DNA of 64,000 nucleotides from Patellaria atrata CBS 101060 (Eukaryota): NCBI GenBank assembly GCA_010093705.1, contig MU006093.1, positions 367,557-431,556 of the forward strand, read 5' to 3'. Position numbers and translations under genes: made by a program. This document shows, piece after piece, positions 38,936 to 49,863 of the stretch. Each line of letters opens with the position of its first letter. The stretch's first letter is position 1. The notes under the pieces were generated by a model that saw only the letters and a program-made list of their open reading frames with translations, ran no database searches and was not told the origin of the DNA.

Positions 38936-41254
38936 ATGCGTTCTCGGCTTCCTTTCACTCCAATTCTGCTTCTGTCATTTTCTATCTTAGCGGTTGCATT
39001 ACCAACCTTTACAGAGGGAAAAAGCACCGCTCACTCCATCGTTTCGAGACAGGCTGGACCTGCAAACGATATCGAACTGACCGGATTCGAAGGGTGCGAC
39101 GAAGCAAGTCGTCAAGCAATTGAAGATGCGTGGGATAGTATGCTAGAAATAGCAGATTCTGTAAAAGGGAATGTTCGATTCTCTGGATATGTAAGCAAGA
39201 CCTCGCAAAAGTCAGGGGCTTCGAGCGCTAACATAGCGAATCCTCAGGCTGAGCGGGATTTTCTTGGCCATGAGTCTTTGAACTACAACTATCAGAGTTA
39301 TCTGAAAAGTAAGTACAGTTGTCTACAGAAGCACGCACTCGTTGACCTGATATGTTAGCTATTCTTGAGCAAGCGTCCACTTTTAGGAAGGGCGATGAGT
39401 TCGTAAGGCCAATCAATGTTCGCTGTGATGACTTCCTCAACCGAGGAGCCATTGATCCCGTAGAGGACTGTCCCGCTGGTACCAGAAGGGCCGACTACCG
39501 TAAATGTAGGTACTCATATCATCTACGCAATTGAGAGAATACACTAATGCGTCATTGTTCTCCATCAGGCAGGAGCCGCTGTTGGCGAGCCTACTCTGCG
39601 GACGGGAGAACAACTTTCAGTGCTGGTGCAAGGGTATACACAAACAGCCAGCTTGGGAGTAGCGCCCCCCTTGCTACAATCAACTTCTGCCCCGGATTTT
39701 TTAGCATTCCCACTTGTGAATCCACTATTCAGAAATATGGTACTTCCACCAACAATTTTGACAGATTAGAGATGTGGAACTATCAATGCAAGGGTTAGTC
39801 CTCTGCAAGCCCTGTACGGTCTGGACGAGTGACTAATCGATTAATTCCCTCACATAGGTTATGCTGTTCTGCACGAGCTGTTCCACATTCGAGAGTTTAC
39901 TCAGCGATTATCACCTGAAAGTAACGAGGTCCTAGACAGGACAATTCGTGTAAGAGAGCCAGGAGGACAATTCATAACAAAGCAAGCATACAGTCCAGTG
40001 TTCACAAAAGTGTTAGCTCATTGGACCCAAAACACGGGATATTGGGTCTCAACAAACGGTAGTGTCCTCGAAAATCACGCTCGGCCCCAGTTAACATGGA
40101 TTCAGCGGACAACTTGGCCCAGTACTCATTAGCCAAATACGTCGAGTCTAGGATCGGAGAGTATCCACGGCATCCTGTAGTATTCAACACCGATTTTGAA
40201 CAGAGACACCCCACTCGCTTCGCAAGGTCGCTGTCCCAACGGCAATCAGAAGAAATTCCACCTTTCACAGAAGATGGTACCGCAGTTGCGATCACCGACC
40301 TAAACGTTCTCGCCTCGGCATTAATGGTCACTCCCGAAGAAGCCCTCACTCTATATGACGCGACCGAATTGGGGTGCAGCGATGCAAATACAGAAACTTC
40401 TTGTGTTGATGCGGCAACCAACCCCCCGATTGATCTCGATGCTACAGCTGACGATTCCTGGAATATACCTGATGCTACTGAAGACGGCCCTCCACGGGCC
40501 GCAGAGCCGACTGCATCCCCTACCCCTTCCCCCTCGTTGACGTGTAATGGTCTTTCGAACAACAAGTACATTGCGCAAGCAGATCTCGCAGTAGATATTC
40601 TTGATTTCTGTGGCCAAGCGGCTGCGCAAGGTGTCCAGGACGTCGACTCCGGTTCCATCGACAGAACATATCACCAAGGGACTCCTTCAGAAGTACATGT
40701 CGCAATCGATTGGCCTTCCGGGTCTTCTTGGACGCCTAACCAAGACGAGTGCATTAGCTGGATGAATCATGTTTCGGATGGTACGGCTCTCCTTATTGTA
40801 CTATTTCACTAGCACGTTCTGACTATCTTAGATTGTGATGGCAATGATCCGAATAACCCAATGAACTGGAAAGGTTAGTGATGTTGCTTGTCGTTTGAAT
40901 GATTAGATAACTGACAATCTGGTAATAGGCGGAGGGACAATACAGCTCGGGGAGGTTACCTATAGAATAAGTCCTGTGGCACCACGACATCCGTTCCCTA
41001 AAGCAGTTGGGGGTCATATCGAATGCAGCGGACTCAAGTTCTGGCTCAGTGGGAATGGATGGGCGAATATTGATTGGGGGAAGAGAATCTTCGACGAGTT
41101 CAACGGCTGCCTCGGATCAGGTTACGACTTCTCCTATGGACTGGGTGATGATGGTCGTGAATGGACTGCTACCGGTTGGATGGGTCCAGGACAGGGCAAT
41201 TGCGTCCACAACGCGATCCTTACAGCCGGAGGTCCGGACATTTATTGCTCTTGA
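38936..41254 (+). CDS. Secreted multidomain protein: N-terminal HEXXH zincin (M35/deuterolysin-like) domain plus Cys-containing C-terminal domains, multi-exon
   Basis: Signal peptide MRSRLPFTPILLLSFSILAVA; 'TINFCPGFF'; VLHELFH at ~39866-39886; 'NADN' across an intron; Pro/Thr linker; then 'DFC...CDGNDPNNPMNWKGGG' domain. Confidence 0.75.
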
Positions 41255-42477
41255 GCTTGCGGTGAGGTCGGTTTCTTCCTACTTTTGCTCTACTAGTACT
41301 ACATTACATTCTTCATTTTTATTCTTTACCTGTATCATCAATCTCCCTGCTTAACATGCGTTTAATCGTAATACGATATCTTTGATCGATTTGTTCTCGT
41401 AGCACAAGTATAATTCACATTGGTTGGGATCGTTAAATCCGTCTACAATCCTGATTTGTTCTATTTTGATGATTTTTATTTAGTCCATTCTTCCCTCTTC
41501 AACCTTTCCGTGGTTCCTGTCTCTCCTTCATTTGCTTTTCCTAATGCTGGATAATCGGATTATCGCTGGCACTTCGACAACAATCACAGCTCGAAACATG
41601 TTTCAAAATTTCTATTGAATACTGGACCCAATGAACCGCCTGTTCATTTGGGCCTAATTCCAATACGAGGGTTTGATACTCCCTTCGACATTAAGGGGGC
41701 GTGGGAGGTAAGAAGCGTGAGTACACTAATGCGTATTCCTCAACGCAAAACTATACGAAAATTCTATGGCGAAAGCGATTTTCGTGCACTTACGTAGAGG
41801 ATTGAGCCTCATGGTTGTTCTAAGTGGAAGTTGATTGGGACTCGTGGTTGACGTCTGCAGCAAACATCCAGTAGGTCTTATTTCCATCAGTCACACAGCA
41901 GCTGTTTGCATCCAAAACAAGTCGTACAGATAATTTCCACAACGTCACCCAGTACGTGGCTCCCGCACGTGGCCGCTCAATTCTACATGAGCACCGAAAT
42001 TGTGGATCATTGCAACAGCGGGAAAGTCTAATCGAGTTTGAGTGGGAAAAGTCTGAATAGACTCATCAGAGAAACCCGAGATGCAGGTGAATCGTTTCAT
42101 ATTTATGATCTGCGCTCTCTAGCAGACTTGTGCGTTAGTCGAAAGAAATTCTGATACAGCTTAACATTTCAACTACCAGTGATAGGACTGCATTGTTTCG
42201 ACGCCAAGATCTCCGCTCTCTTGGCCGCTCACTCAGCCTCTGGACAAACGCAAGCACTTATGACATAGTTGAGTATGTGTTGTCCGATAATGAATGTCAG
42301 AGATCCGAAAAAGGTGTTTCCTCGGTAAATGTTCCTTAATGCGGTCAGACGACCATCGGAACTGGCTGTACATAAACTTCTATTTCCCCGATCTTCAAAA
42401 TTTTAAGAAATAACATCTCGGGAGGAACATTAAGAATCTATCTCTGAGTATATTTTCAGTCAAGGGTGCTCTCAAAA

Positions 42478-43075
42478 ATGCAATTCAAGAAAATCTTCGC
42501 CCTAACTGCTCTCTTGAGCTTTGCTGTTACCCAAGACATCGACAACGACGACGTTCCCAATCAATGCCGGGCTATATGCGCTCCAGTAGTCACACTTACC
42601 CAGCGCTGTGACCGCGAGAACGATGACAACGATAGCGGATTCCTCAATTGCGTCTGCAATGCCACTGGCAGCTCTTCCGAGATTCCCACTTGCGAAGCAT
42701 GTGTTGCAAATTTCGACAACGATGGTGCAGACAACGGTATGCCCGTTCACGCCCAGTACTCCATCAATTGACTAACGTTCCTCAGATGTGAACGATCTAA
42801 TCCGCTCCTGCACCTTCACCAGAATGTCTTATACGTCTGGCCTGGAATCGGCAACCTCAACAGGCGCGTCGACCATGCCAACGACCTCTGGTAGCCTCTC
42901 GACAAACAGCGCTGCTTTGTCTTCGATCCTTGATGCGGCATCCTCGACTCTAGCGGAAGTGACGTCGCGTCTGAACGCCGCAGATCCAACCTCAACGGGT
43001 GCTGGTGCGGCTACGGCTCTGCCTGTCGTGGGCGCGGGTGCTGGGTTCGTTCTGGCTGTTGTTGGGATGCTTTGA
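42478..43075 (+). CDS. Small secreted Cys-rich, probably GPI-anchored protein (CAP22-like), 2 exons
   Basis: Signal peptide; 'VPNQCRAICAPVV...FLNCVC...CEACV...LIRSC'; Ser/Thr-rich stalk; hydrophobic C-terminus. Confidence 0.8.
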
Positions 43076-44480
43076 GCGGGAGAAAGGTGGAACATATGAA
43101 TAATGATTTGGAACTAGTAGATTAGCTGCAGATCAGGCGGATGTTCCATGGTCTTTTCTGCATGATGCATCGATGCATGGATTCACGGTCTCTACGTAGT
43201 TAATCGGATATCCTCTTTTACTTTCCATGAACTTGGGAATATTATTACACGTGCAATTGGCGTCGTGTCCACAGTAGTTATACAGCTGGGACTGTTAACT
43301 GGGACGAGAGGTCGGATGAAGATGTCAGGTTAGAGGTTGGGGGTTTGAGGTGGTGCCGTTTGAGCCGGCGCGACGTCAGCTTATGGTTACGGAAAGTGGT
43401 CGTGTGCGTTACGCGTAAGTGGGTATGATTGGCTGAGATTGTGATTGCTTGGCGACCTCACTCAACATCACTTGGATTTCACAGAGCGACAAACCAGCTT
43501 TTTAATTTTCAAACGCTAGTTTCTACCGATAATGGCCACTGAGGACCGTTATGTTTCCTATGAAGCAGTTATTGGACGCAGGCTTGAGGATCAATGATTT
43601 TCTCTCACCATACCATATTTTTATATTCCATATTGGTGCTGAAAATCCAGTATCTTCTCACCGGAGATTGATGATCTCTCCCCTGCTTCATTAATTTGAG
43701 TATGAAAGCTCTGCGCATTTCTGGAGATGGAGCAAATTCGCCTGGGCCACTCGTTTTCTCTTTAACTTTCTGTCGATACTATTAGTTGTGTCATATCCCT
43801 TTTTGAGGCAGGCATCCCAGCTGCTTTTGAAGATGTCCTCTTGAAACATGACGTTCAGGTTTCAATTTATTGAAAGAGTTGGTGTAGGTTGAGATATAGA
43901 GGGTTTGACTTCTTCGGACTTCCTCGTACCGTAAATACATTCTAGAAGTAGAGGGATCGGTCAGAAATGTGATACTAACCAGGGTTCATGACTTTACACG
44001 TGATCCCTCGTGTTTGATGCATTCACCCTTATATGACACCCAATCAGCTAATGTGAAGCACTTCTTGCTTTCAGTGGAAACCCATGGTTCCAAAATATTA
44101 TCAAATCAAAAAACATTGATTGCGCCTATTAAATATACTTGCTAGTTATCATAGGATTGTGATATCTTGCCCTACGTCCTATATACTATAAGCAGTATGT
44201 GAATTTCTAATATTTACACAAACGTTGCTGGCAAATGCCGTGTGTCGCGTCAAATGTTATTGGATTTCAACCACTCGGAGTTCACTCCCGTCTAAAGCGT
44301 GGGGGTAAAAATAGCTTTACTTGTAGTCCAACATCGGCCCGACGATTTTCCAGATCCGCAAAAGCTCTCCAGCCACGCAGCAAATTGCCGCAAAGCTTCA
44401 CATAAGCTCCAATAGCTCTCTCATACGCAATTGGAGGCCCTAAATCTCCCCTTATAACTTCCCACTGATACGCCTTCGTC

Positions 44481-47400
44481 ATGGGAAAGCGTGGGAACAA
44501 GAATGTACGTCTCACATGCTATCAATATCCCATAACGGCTGTAAATACAGCCACTGACATCACCGAGTAGGGGCGTGGACGTGGTAGAGGTAGAGGAGGT
44601 AGAGGAGGCGGCGGAGGAGGTTCTCGTGACGGCTGGCGAACCAATTGGACTGCCATCAGCAAGGAGCATGAGAAGTTTGAGAGATATTACAATAAATTGG
44701 GGATTCTGGAGGAGGGGGAGAAAGAGCAGTTTTGGGAGGCAATGAGGAGAGAGCTACCGAGTAGTTTTCGGTTTGCGGGAAGTAGAGGGTAAGTGGTTCA
44801 TCATATCATATACGAACCTTGAGCATAGTTTGTTAAACTTTTGCTGCCTTCTTCCTGTCTACAGACACGCCCTCGCTGTCCAGAAGCATCTCATCGACCA
44901 CTACATCCCCCAAATCACGTCCGTGCAATGGGAGGGCAAGAATGTTGACCCTCCACGCCCGATCGAGTGGTACCCTGAACGGCTCGCCTGGTCTATGAAC
45001 ACACCCAAACAGGTGATCCGCAAGTTTCCACCATTCTCGGCATTCCAAAAGTTTCTAGTATCAGAGACTACAGTAGGAAACATCACCAGGCAAGAGGTCG
45101 TTAGCATGATTCCGCCCCTGCTCTTGGATGTAAAACCAGGGATGAAAGTCTTGGATATGTGCGCCGCGCCCGGTAGTAAGACGTCACAACTCATCGAGAT
45201 GGTTCATGGAGGTGAAGAAGCAAGGGTAAGGGACATCATACGTAAAATCAAAACTGAGGAGGGCAGGGAATTAAGTCCTGATGGATTTGAAATTGAAGTG
45301 GAAAAGTCTTTCGCGGCTCAGGAGGGTGACTGGACCGATGATGGAAGATCGACCGGTCTACTCATTGCGAATGATAGTGACTATAGACGAGCACAGATGT
45401 TGGTACACCAGGTCAAGAGATTGAATTCGCCAAACTTGCTAGTTATGAACCACGATGCGACGATGTTTCCTTCTATCAAGCTTCCAACCCCGCCCGGTGC
45501 GCGAGGGAAGTATCTCAAATTCGATAGGATTTTGGCTGATGTACCCTGTTCTGGTGACGGTACAGTGAGAAAGAATCCAAACATCTGGAAGGATTGGCTA
45601 CCCGCAAACGCACTTGGGCTTCATACCACACAAACTCGCATTCTTGTGCGAGCATTACAGATGCTTAAGGTCAAGGGGAGGGTGGTGTATTCCACATGCA
45701 GTCTAAATCCTATTGAGAATGAAGCTGTCATCGCTTCAGCGATTGAACGTTGTGGTGGTAATACAAAAGTCAAAATTTTAGACATGAGTGATGCTCTACC
45801 TGGACTGAAGCGGAAACCTGGTTTGACTGATTGGAAGATTATGGACAGAAATGGGAAGATATGGGATTCCTACGAAGACGCAAGAGATGAGTTAGGCGAA
45901 GACAATCTGGGGCGAATTAGTGATACTATGTTTCCTCCTCCTCCCACCTCGGAGGACGAACGCTTACCCCTGGAGAGATGTCTCCGCGTATATCCTCATA
46001 TGCAAGACACTGGAGGGTTTTTCATCACTGTGCTCGAGAAGTTGACTGAGATCCGCGCTAGAAATGAGAATGCTCCTAGAACGGAAAAGTCTCAAATATC
46101 AGACAATGCTATTAAAGATGAAATGTCTGAAAGACCAGCACCGATATCAGATCTTGTTGATGAGATCAAGAATAGGACTGAGAACGGAGTTAAATCATAC
46201 GAGACGAGCGAAGCACTCGAGGCAGTTGCTCCTATCACAGAGCCGGATAACGGTAATTATTCTGCTGCAGTACGGCAAAATACTCCCCCACCCGCTAAAC
46301 GGGTTCTCGAAGAGCAGCTAGACGGTGGTTCTTCCCCGAAAAAAGCCAGACTGCACGGTACTGCTGAAAAGATTGAACACTGGCCACCACCACCTGCTAC
46401 ACTTGTAGATGAACGAATTCGGTCTTCGGAACCATTTGATGAGGTTATGGAAGAGGATACAACCGAAATTAAGGAAGAAAATGCACCTGCAATCAAGGAA
46501 GAAGATAAAACAGGAGCTAAAGAAGAAGATGCACCCTTAATTAGGCAAGAGACGACAGCATCGGATCGTTGCAAACCACCCACCAAAGAATACAGTGACT
46601 ACAAAAAGAAGTCGTCCGGCGTACACGAAGAACCATTCAAGTACCTTAACCCCGAGCATGTGGAGCTCGAAAGAATCTTCAAATTTTATACACTTTCGTC
46701 CCGGTTCCCGCGCGACCGCTTCATGGTACGCAACGCCACGGGCGAGCCGGTCAAATCAATATACTACACCTCAGTTCTCTCTCGCGAGATTCTGACGGAG
46801 AATGAGGGTAAGGGCCTAAAGTTCGTGCACTCGGGAGTTAAGATGTTCGTCAAGCAGGATGCACAAACTCCGGAGATGTGCCCGTGGCGTATCCAGAGTG
46901 AAGGCTTACCGATCGTAGAGGCTTGGGTCGGTGAGGAGAGGATTGTTCGACTGTACAAGAGAGAGACACTGAGAAAGCTCTTGGTCGAGATGTTTCCGAA
47001 AGTGGGCAATGAGAGTTGGAAGGAGCTAGGCGAGATTGGGGAGAGAGTCAGGGATATAGGTGGTGGATGTTGTGTGCTGAGGGTCGAGAAGAGCGATGCT
47101 GAAGATGGATTTGAGCAGCGAATTGTACTACCCCTTTGGCGTAGTGTATGGAGCTTGAACCTTATGTTGCCAAAGGATGAGAGAAAGTAAGTTTTCAAAC
47201 CGTTCCCTGCTTGTAGGGGATCAGTATTCACTAACAATATACTCACAGAGCAATGCTTCTCCGTCTCTTCAATGATGACACTCCCCTCATCGATCACTCA
47301 CAAAATCGTAATAAGCCACCAACACCACGAGACATCTCACCCTCGCTATCGGATGTCTCAATCGATAATGACGCTGAGGGAGGCGTCCTACTCGACCCGG

Positions 47401-47729
47401 CTGCTCGAGAAGCAAAAGCTGGAGAAGGCACAGCCGAAGCTCAAGAAGTGGAAGCAGCCAAAGCAGCGAACATTACAGCGACAGCCGCTGATGCCATGGC
47501 GGCGGATGTCGAAATGGGCGATGAGCCAACTAATGTAGTGACCGAAGAGCAGGCGATGAAGAACGAGGGGATGCTAAGGGCGCAGAGGTTTCATGAGAGG
47601 GATAAGGTGGATGAAACAGAGTTGGGTCAGGTGGGGGACGCGAGCGTGGGTCGCTGGGTTGGAGAAGATAAGCTTGATGGTGGAGAGGAGAGGAAGTTAG
47701 GTATAGAGGGTGGGGGATTTCAGGGATGA
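44481..47729 (+). CDS. NCL1: Multisite tRNA (cytosine-5)-methyltransferase (NSUN2/Trm4), 4 exons
   Basis: RGG-rich N-terminus; RQEVVSMIPP, DMCAAPGSKT, ADVPCSGDG, YSTCSLNP and DTGGFF motifs. Confidence 0.93.
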
Positions 47730-48183
47730 TGTGGAACGGTGTAGACAAAATTTGAAGTTTATATCTATAGAAAGTCTAAGAGACTACTTTTTTCATTCGA
47801 CCTCGTCCCTCTGCGCGCACAAGTTGCGTACAGGACAGTTTCGAGTTTTGTTCTGAGCAAACCGACTGTTAGAATTGCTAGACATTTGATGTATGAGACA
47901 TGTCTCAGAAATGTTGATACGAGCTAGTTCATCTTATAATTGAGAATGGTACCTTAGCTTGGTACTATTAGAGGCATCTCATGTTCATGAACGTGCTGTA
48001 CTGTCCCTACCTCGTGACTTGCGGATTACCTTTGATACTGTACATTTGAATGTACGGCCCCGATCACCCGCACCTAAAACTTTCTAGTGCTTTCTTTTCT
48101 GTACGATGCCAAAAAAAAAAATAAAAAAATTTCATCTCTAACGTACAGCAAGTACTTCACAACCAAACCAGCATAAAAGTTGG

Positions 48184-48192
48184 AAAAAAAAA
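48184..48192 (-). terminator. RNA polymerase III oligo-dT terminator of the tRNA-His gene
   Basis: Run of about 9 T on the minus strand, 5-6 nt after discriminator A73. Confidence 0.8.
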
Positions 48193-48197
48193 GAACT

Positions 48198-48355
48198 TGG
48201 CGTCACCCGGAATCGAACCGGGGTCGGAGCGGTAGTTGAGGAGTCCAGGTATACCTGGACGTTGATCCACAACGCTACGTGCTACCACTACCTGCTTGGA
48301 GGTTAGTGTGTGACGATCTTGATGATGGTGGAAGAGACGCTTACACCATGACACC
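48198..48355 (-). tRNA. tRNA-His(GUG) with two intervening sequences: a 53-nt GT-AG insert in the D-stem (48292-48344) and a 34-nt canonical 37/38 intron (48233-48266)
   Basis: After removing both inserts: GGTGTCA TG GTGT AGTGGTA GCAC G TAGCG TTGTGGC CGCTC CGAC CCCGG TTCGATT CCGGG TGACGCC A. This is a full cloverleaf with an intact B-box, followed by an oligo-T terminator. Confidence 0.9.
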
Positions 48356-49008
48356 TGATAGATGGGCTATCGTCCCATATGAGTTGAAAGCATTCGGACT
48401 GTTTGAATACTTATTATCTTGAAAATAAGCTGCTGATGGTAGGTCAGCCATGCATTGTCTGGAAGTGTGCTGTTAGCCGCAGGTGGGGTTATGGAGAGCA
48501 GGCTCTGGGTGATGCAAAGGCGCGTCAAAGAGCAAGCTTGGAGGCTACATTATACGGAGCTTTACTCGATGCTTGAGCCTGGAGAGACAACTTTGCACGC
48601 TTGATAACGGCTATCGCTAAAGGATATCTGGCCTTAAATTTGTCCCCAGAGCTGGATATTCGTTCTAACCTACTAGACTTCTATACCTTAAAGCGAGAGA
48701 CATATCGAGTGCTGCACAGTAGTGTTCGTATAAACCATCTCATCAAGTGTTCCATATCAATTCTCAGAGCTTCAGTTTGGCTTTTGCAAATTATTTTGGC
48801 TGATTGCTGGTTCGTGGGCTGCAGGAGAATATTGACTGCGAGATCGGAATAAGGTTATCTTATCAGTGATCTGACCTGTCGCTTAGTCACGTAATGCTTG
48901 GCATCAAAGCTCAAACCCCAGAGCCTCAACTTCGAGATTCTTCCGTCTGCAGCTTCCGCAGAAAATACTCAAACCACATCATCAACTACTCCATTACTAC
49001 TCGTCAAG

Positions 49009-49863
49009 ATGCCAAAATATAAGTTCTCCCGTCGCTTGCTCTTTGAAACTCTACTGACAATCTAAGAACTCTTCTGTAGGTTCACCCAATCGCGAAAAGC
49101 CGTTCAAATGCCCATACCTAACAGACTATAGGCGATTACTGCGATGTCTACCTCACCCACGACTCGATGAGCGTGCGCAAAGCCCACAACAGCGGTCGCA
49201 ACCACCTCCGTAACGTCGTAGAATACTACCAGCGTTCGTACCCTCGTACCCTTCCTCCACTCTCCCCCAATCCAACAAACCCACACTAACCCTCCCACGA
49301 CACCAGAAATCGGCCACGAAAAAGCCCAAAGCGTCATCGACTCCATCACTTCCTCCTACGCCGCAGCCGGCCAATCAGAAAGCAATCCAATGCTAAACCC
49401 ACCCCCCGGCGGACCCGGCGCCTTTCCACCACCCCCCTTCGGTTTCCCAGGTACCTTCCCCCTCCCCCCTTCTCACCCTCCGACTAACCAAACCCAAGCT
49501 GGCATCCCACCCCCCTTCCTCCCCCCAGGCGGACGGGGCATGCCTCCCAACCTCCCCTTCCCACCCCCTAACATGCCACCGGGCCAACTGCCTTTCCCGC
49601 CGCCTTTCCCCCCTCCAGGAAACATGCCGCAAGGTAGCGTTCCACCGATGGGCGGCACACCGCCGCAAGGGATGCCGTTTCCGCCGCCGAACATGCCGTT
49701 CCCACCGCCGCAGGGTATGCCGTTCCCGCCGAACATGCAGGGAGGACCGGGCGGTATGCCGTTCCCGCCGCAGGGGAGCCCGCCGGGTGGGATGCCTTTC
49801 CCGCCGCCCGGGCAGGGGCAGGGGAGTCCGCCGGGTGGTATGCCGTTCAGAGCTCCGATATAG
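49009..49863 (+). CDS. YHC1: U1 snRNP protein C (matrin-type zinc finger + Pro/Gly/Met-rich tail); intron 1 is AT-AC and exon 2 is 6 nt
   Basis: [54 protein letters not shown] reconstituted with introns 49019-49069 (AT-AC), 49076-49131 and ~49234-49306. A probable in-frame intron at ~49451-49498. Confidence 0.92.

Noticed and set aside
36032..43075. Possible secondary-metabolite gene cluster around the SDR
   Set aside because: No PKS, NRPS, terpene synthase or other backbone enzyme in the window; neighbours are unrelated in function.
48157..48354. 65-aa ORF overlapping the tRNA-His locus as a protein-coding explanation for the GT-AG insert
   Set aside because: The sequence on both sides of the insert is fully accounted for by tRNA stems; the ORF has a non-ATG start at its listed 5' end and no protein-like features.
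49023..49066. Canonical GTTCTC...AAG intron as an alternative for U1-C intron 1
   Set aside because: It has a poor donor and puts the downstream CDYC zinc finger out of frame.
49019..49069. U12-type (minor spliceosome) interpretation of the AT-AC intron
   Set aside because: The donor is ATAAGT rather than ATATCCTT, the branch is CTGAC rather than TCCTTAAC, and ascomycetes lack the minor spliceosome.
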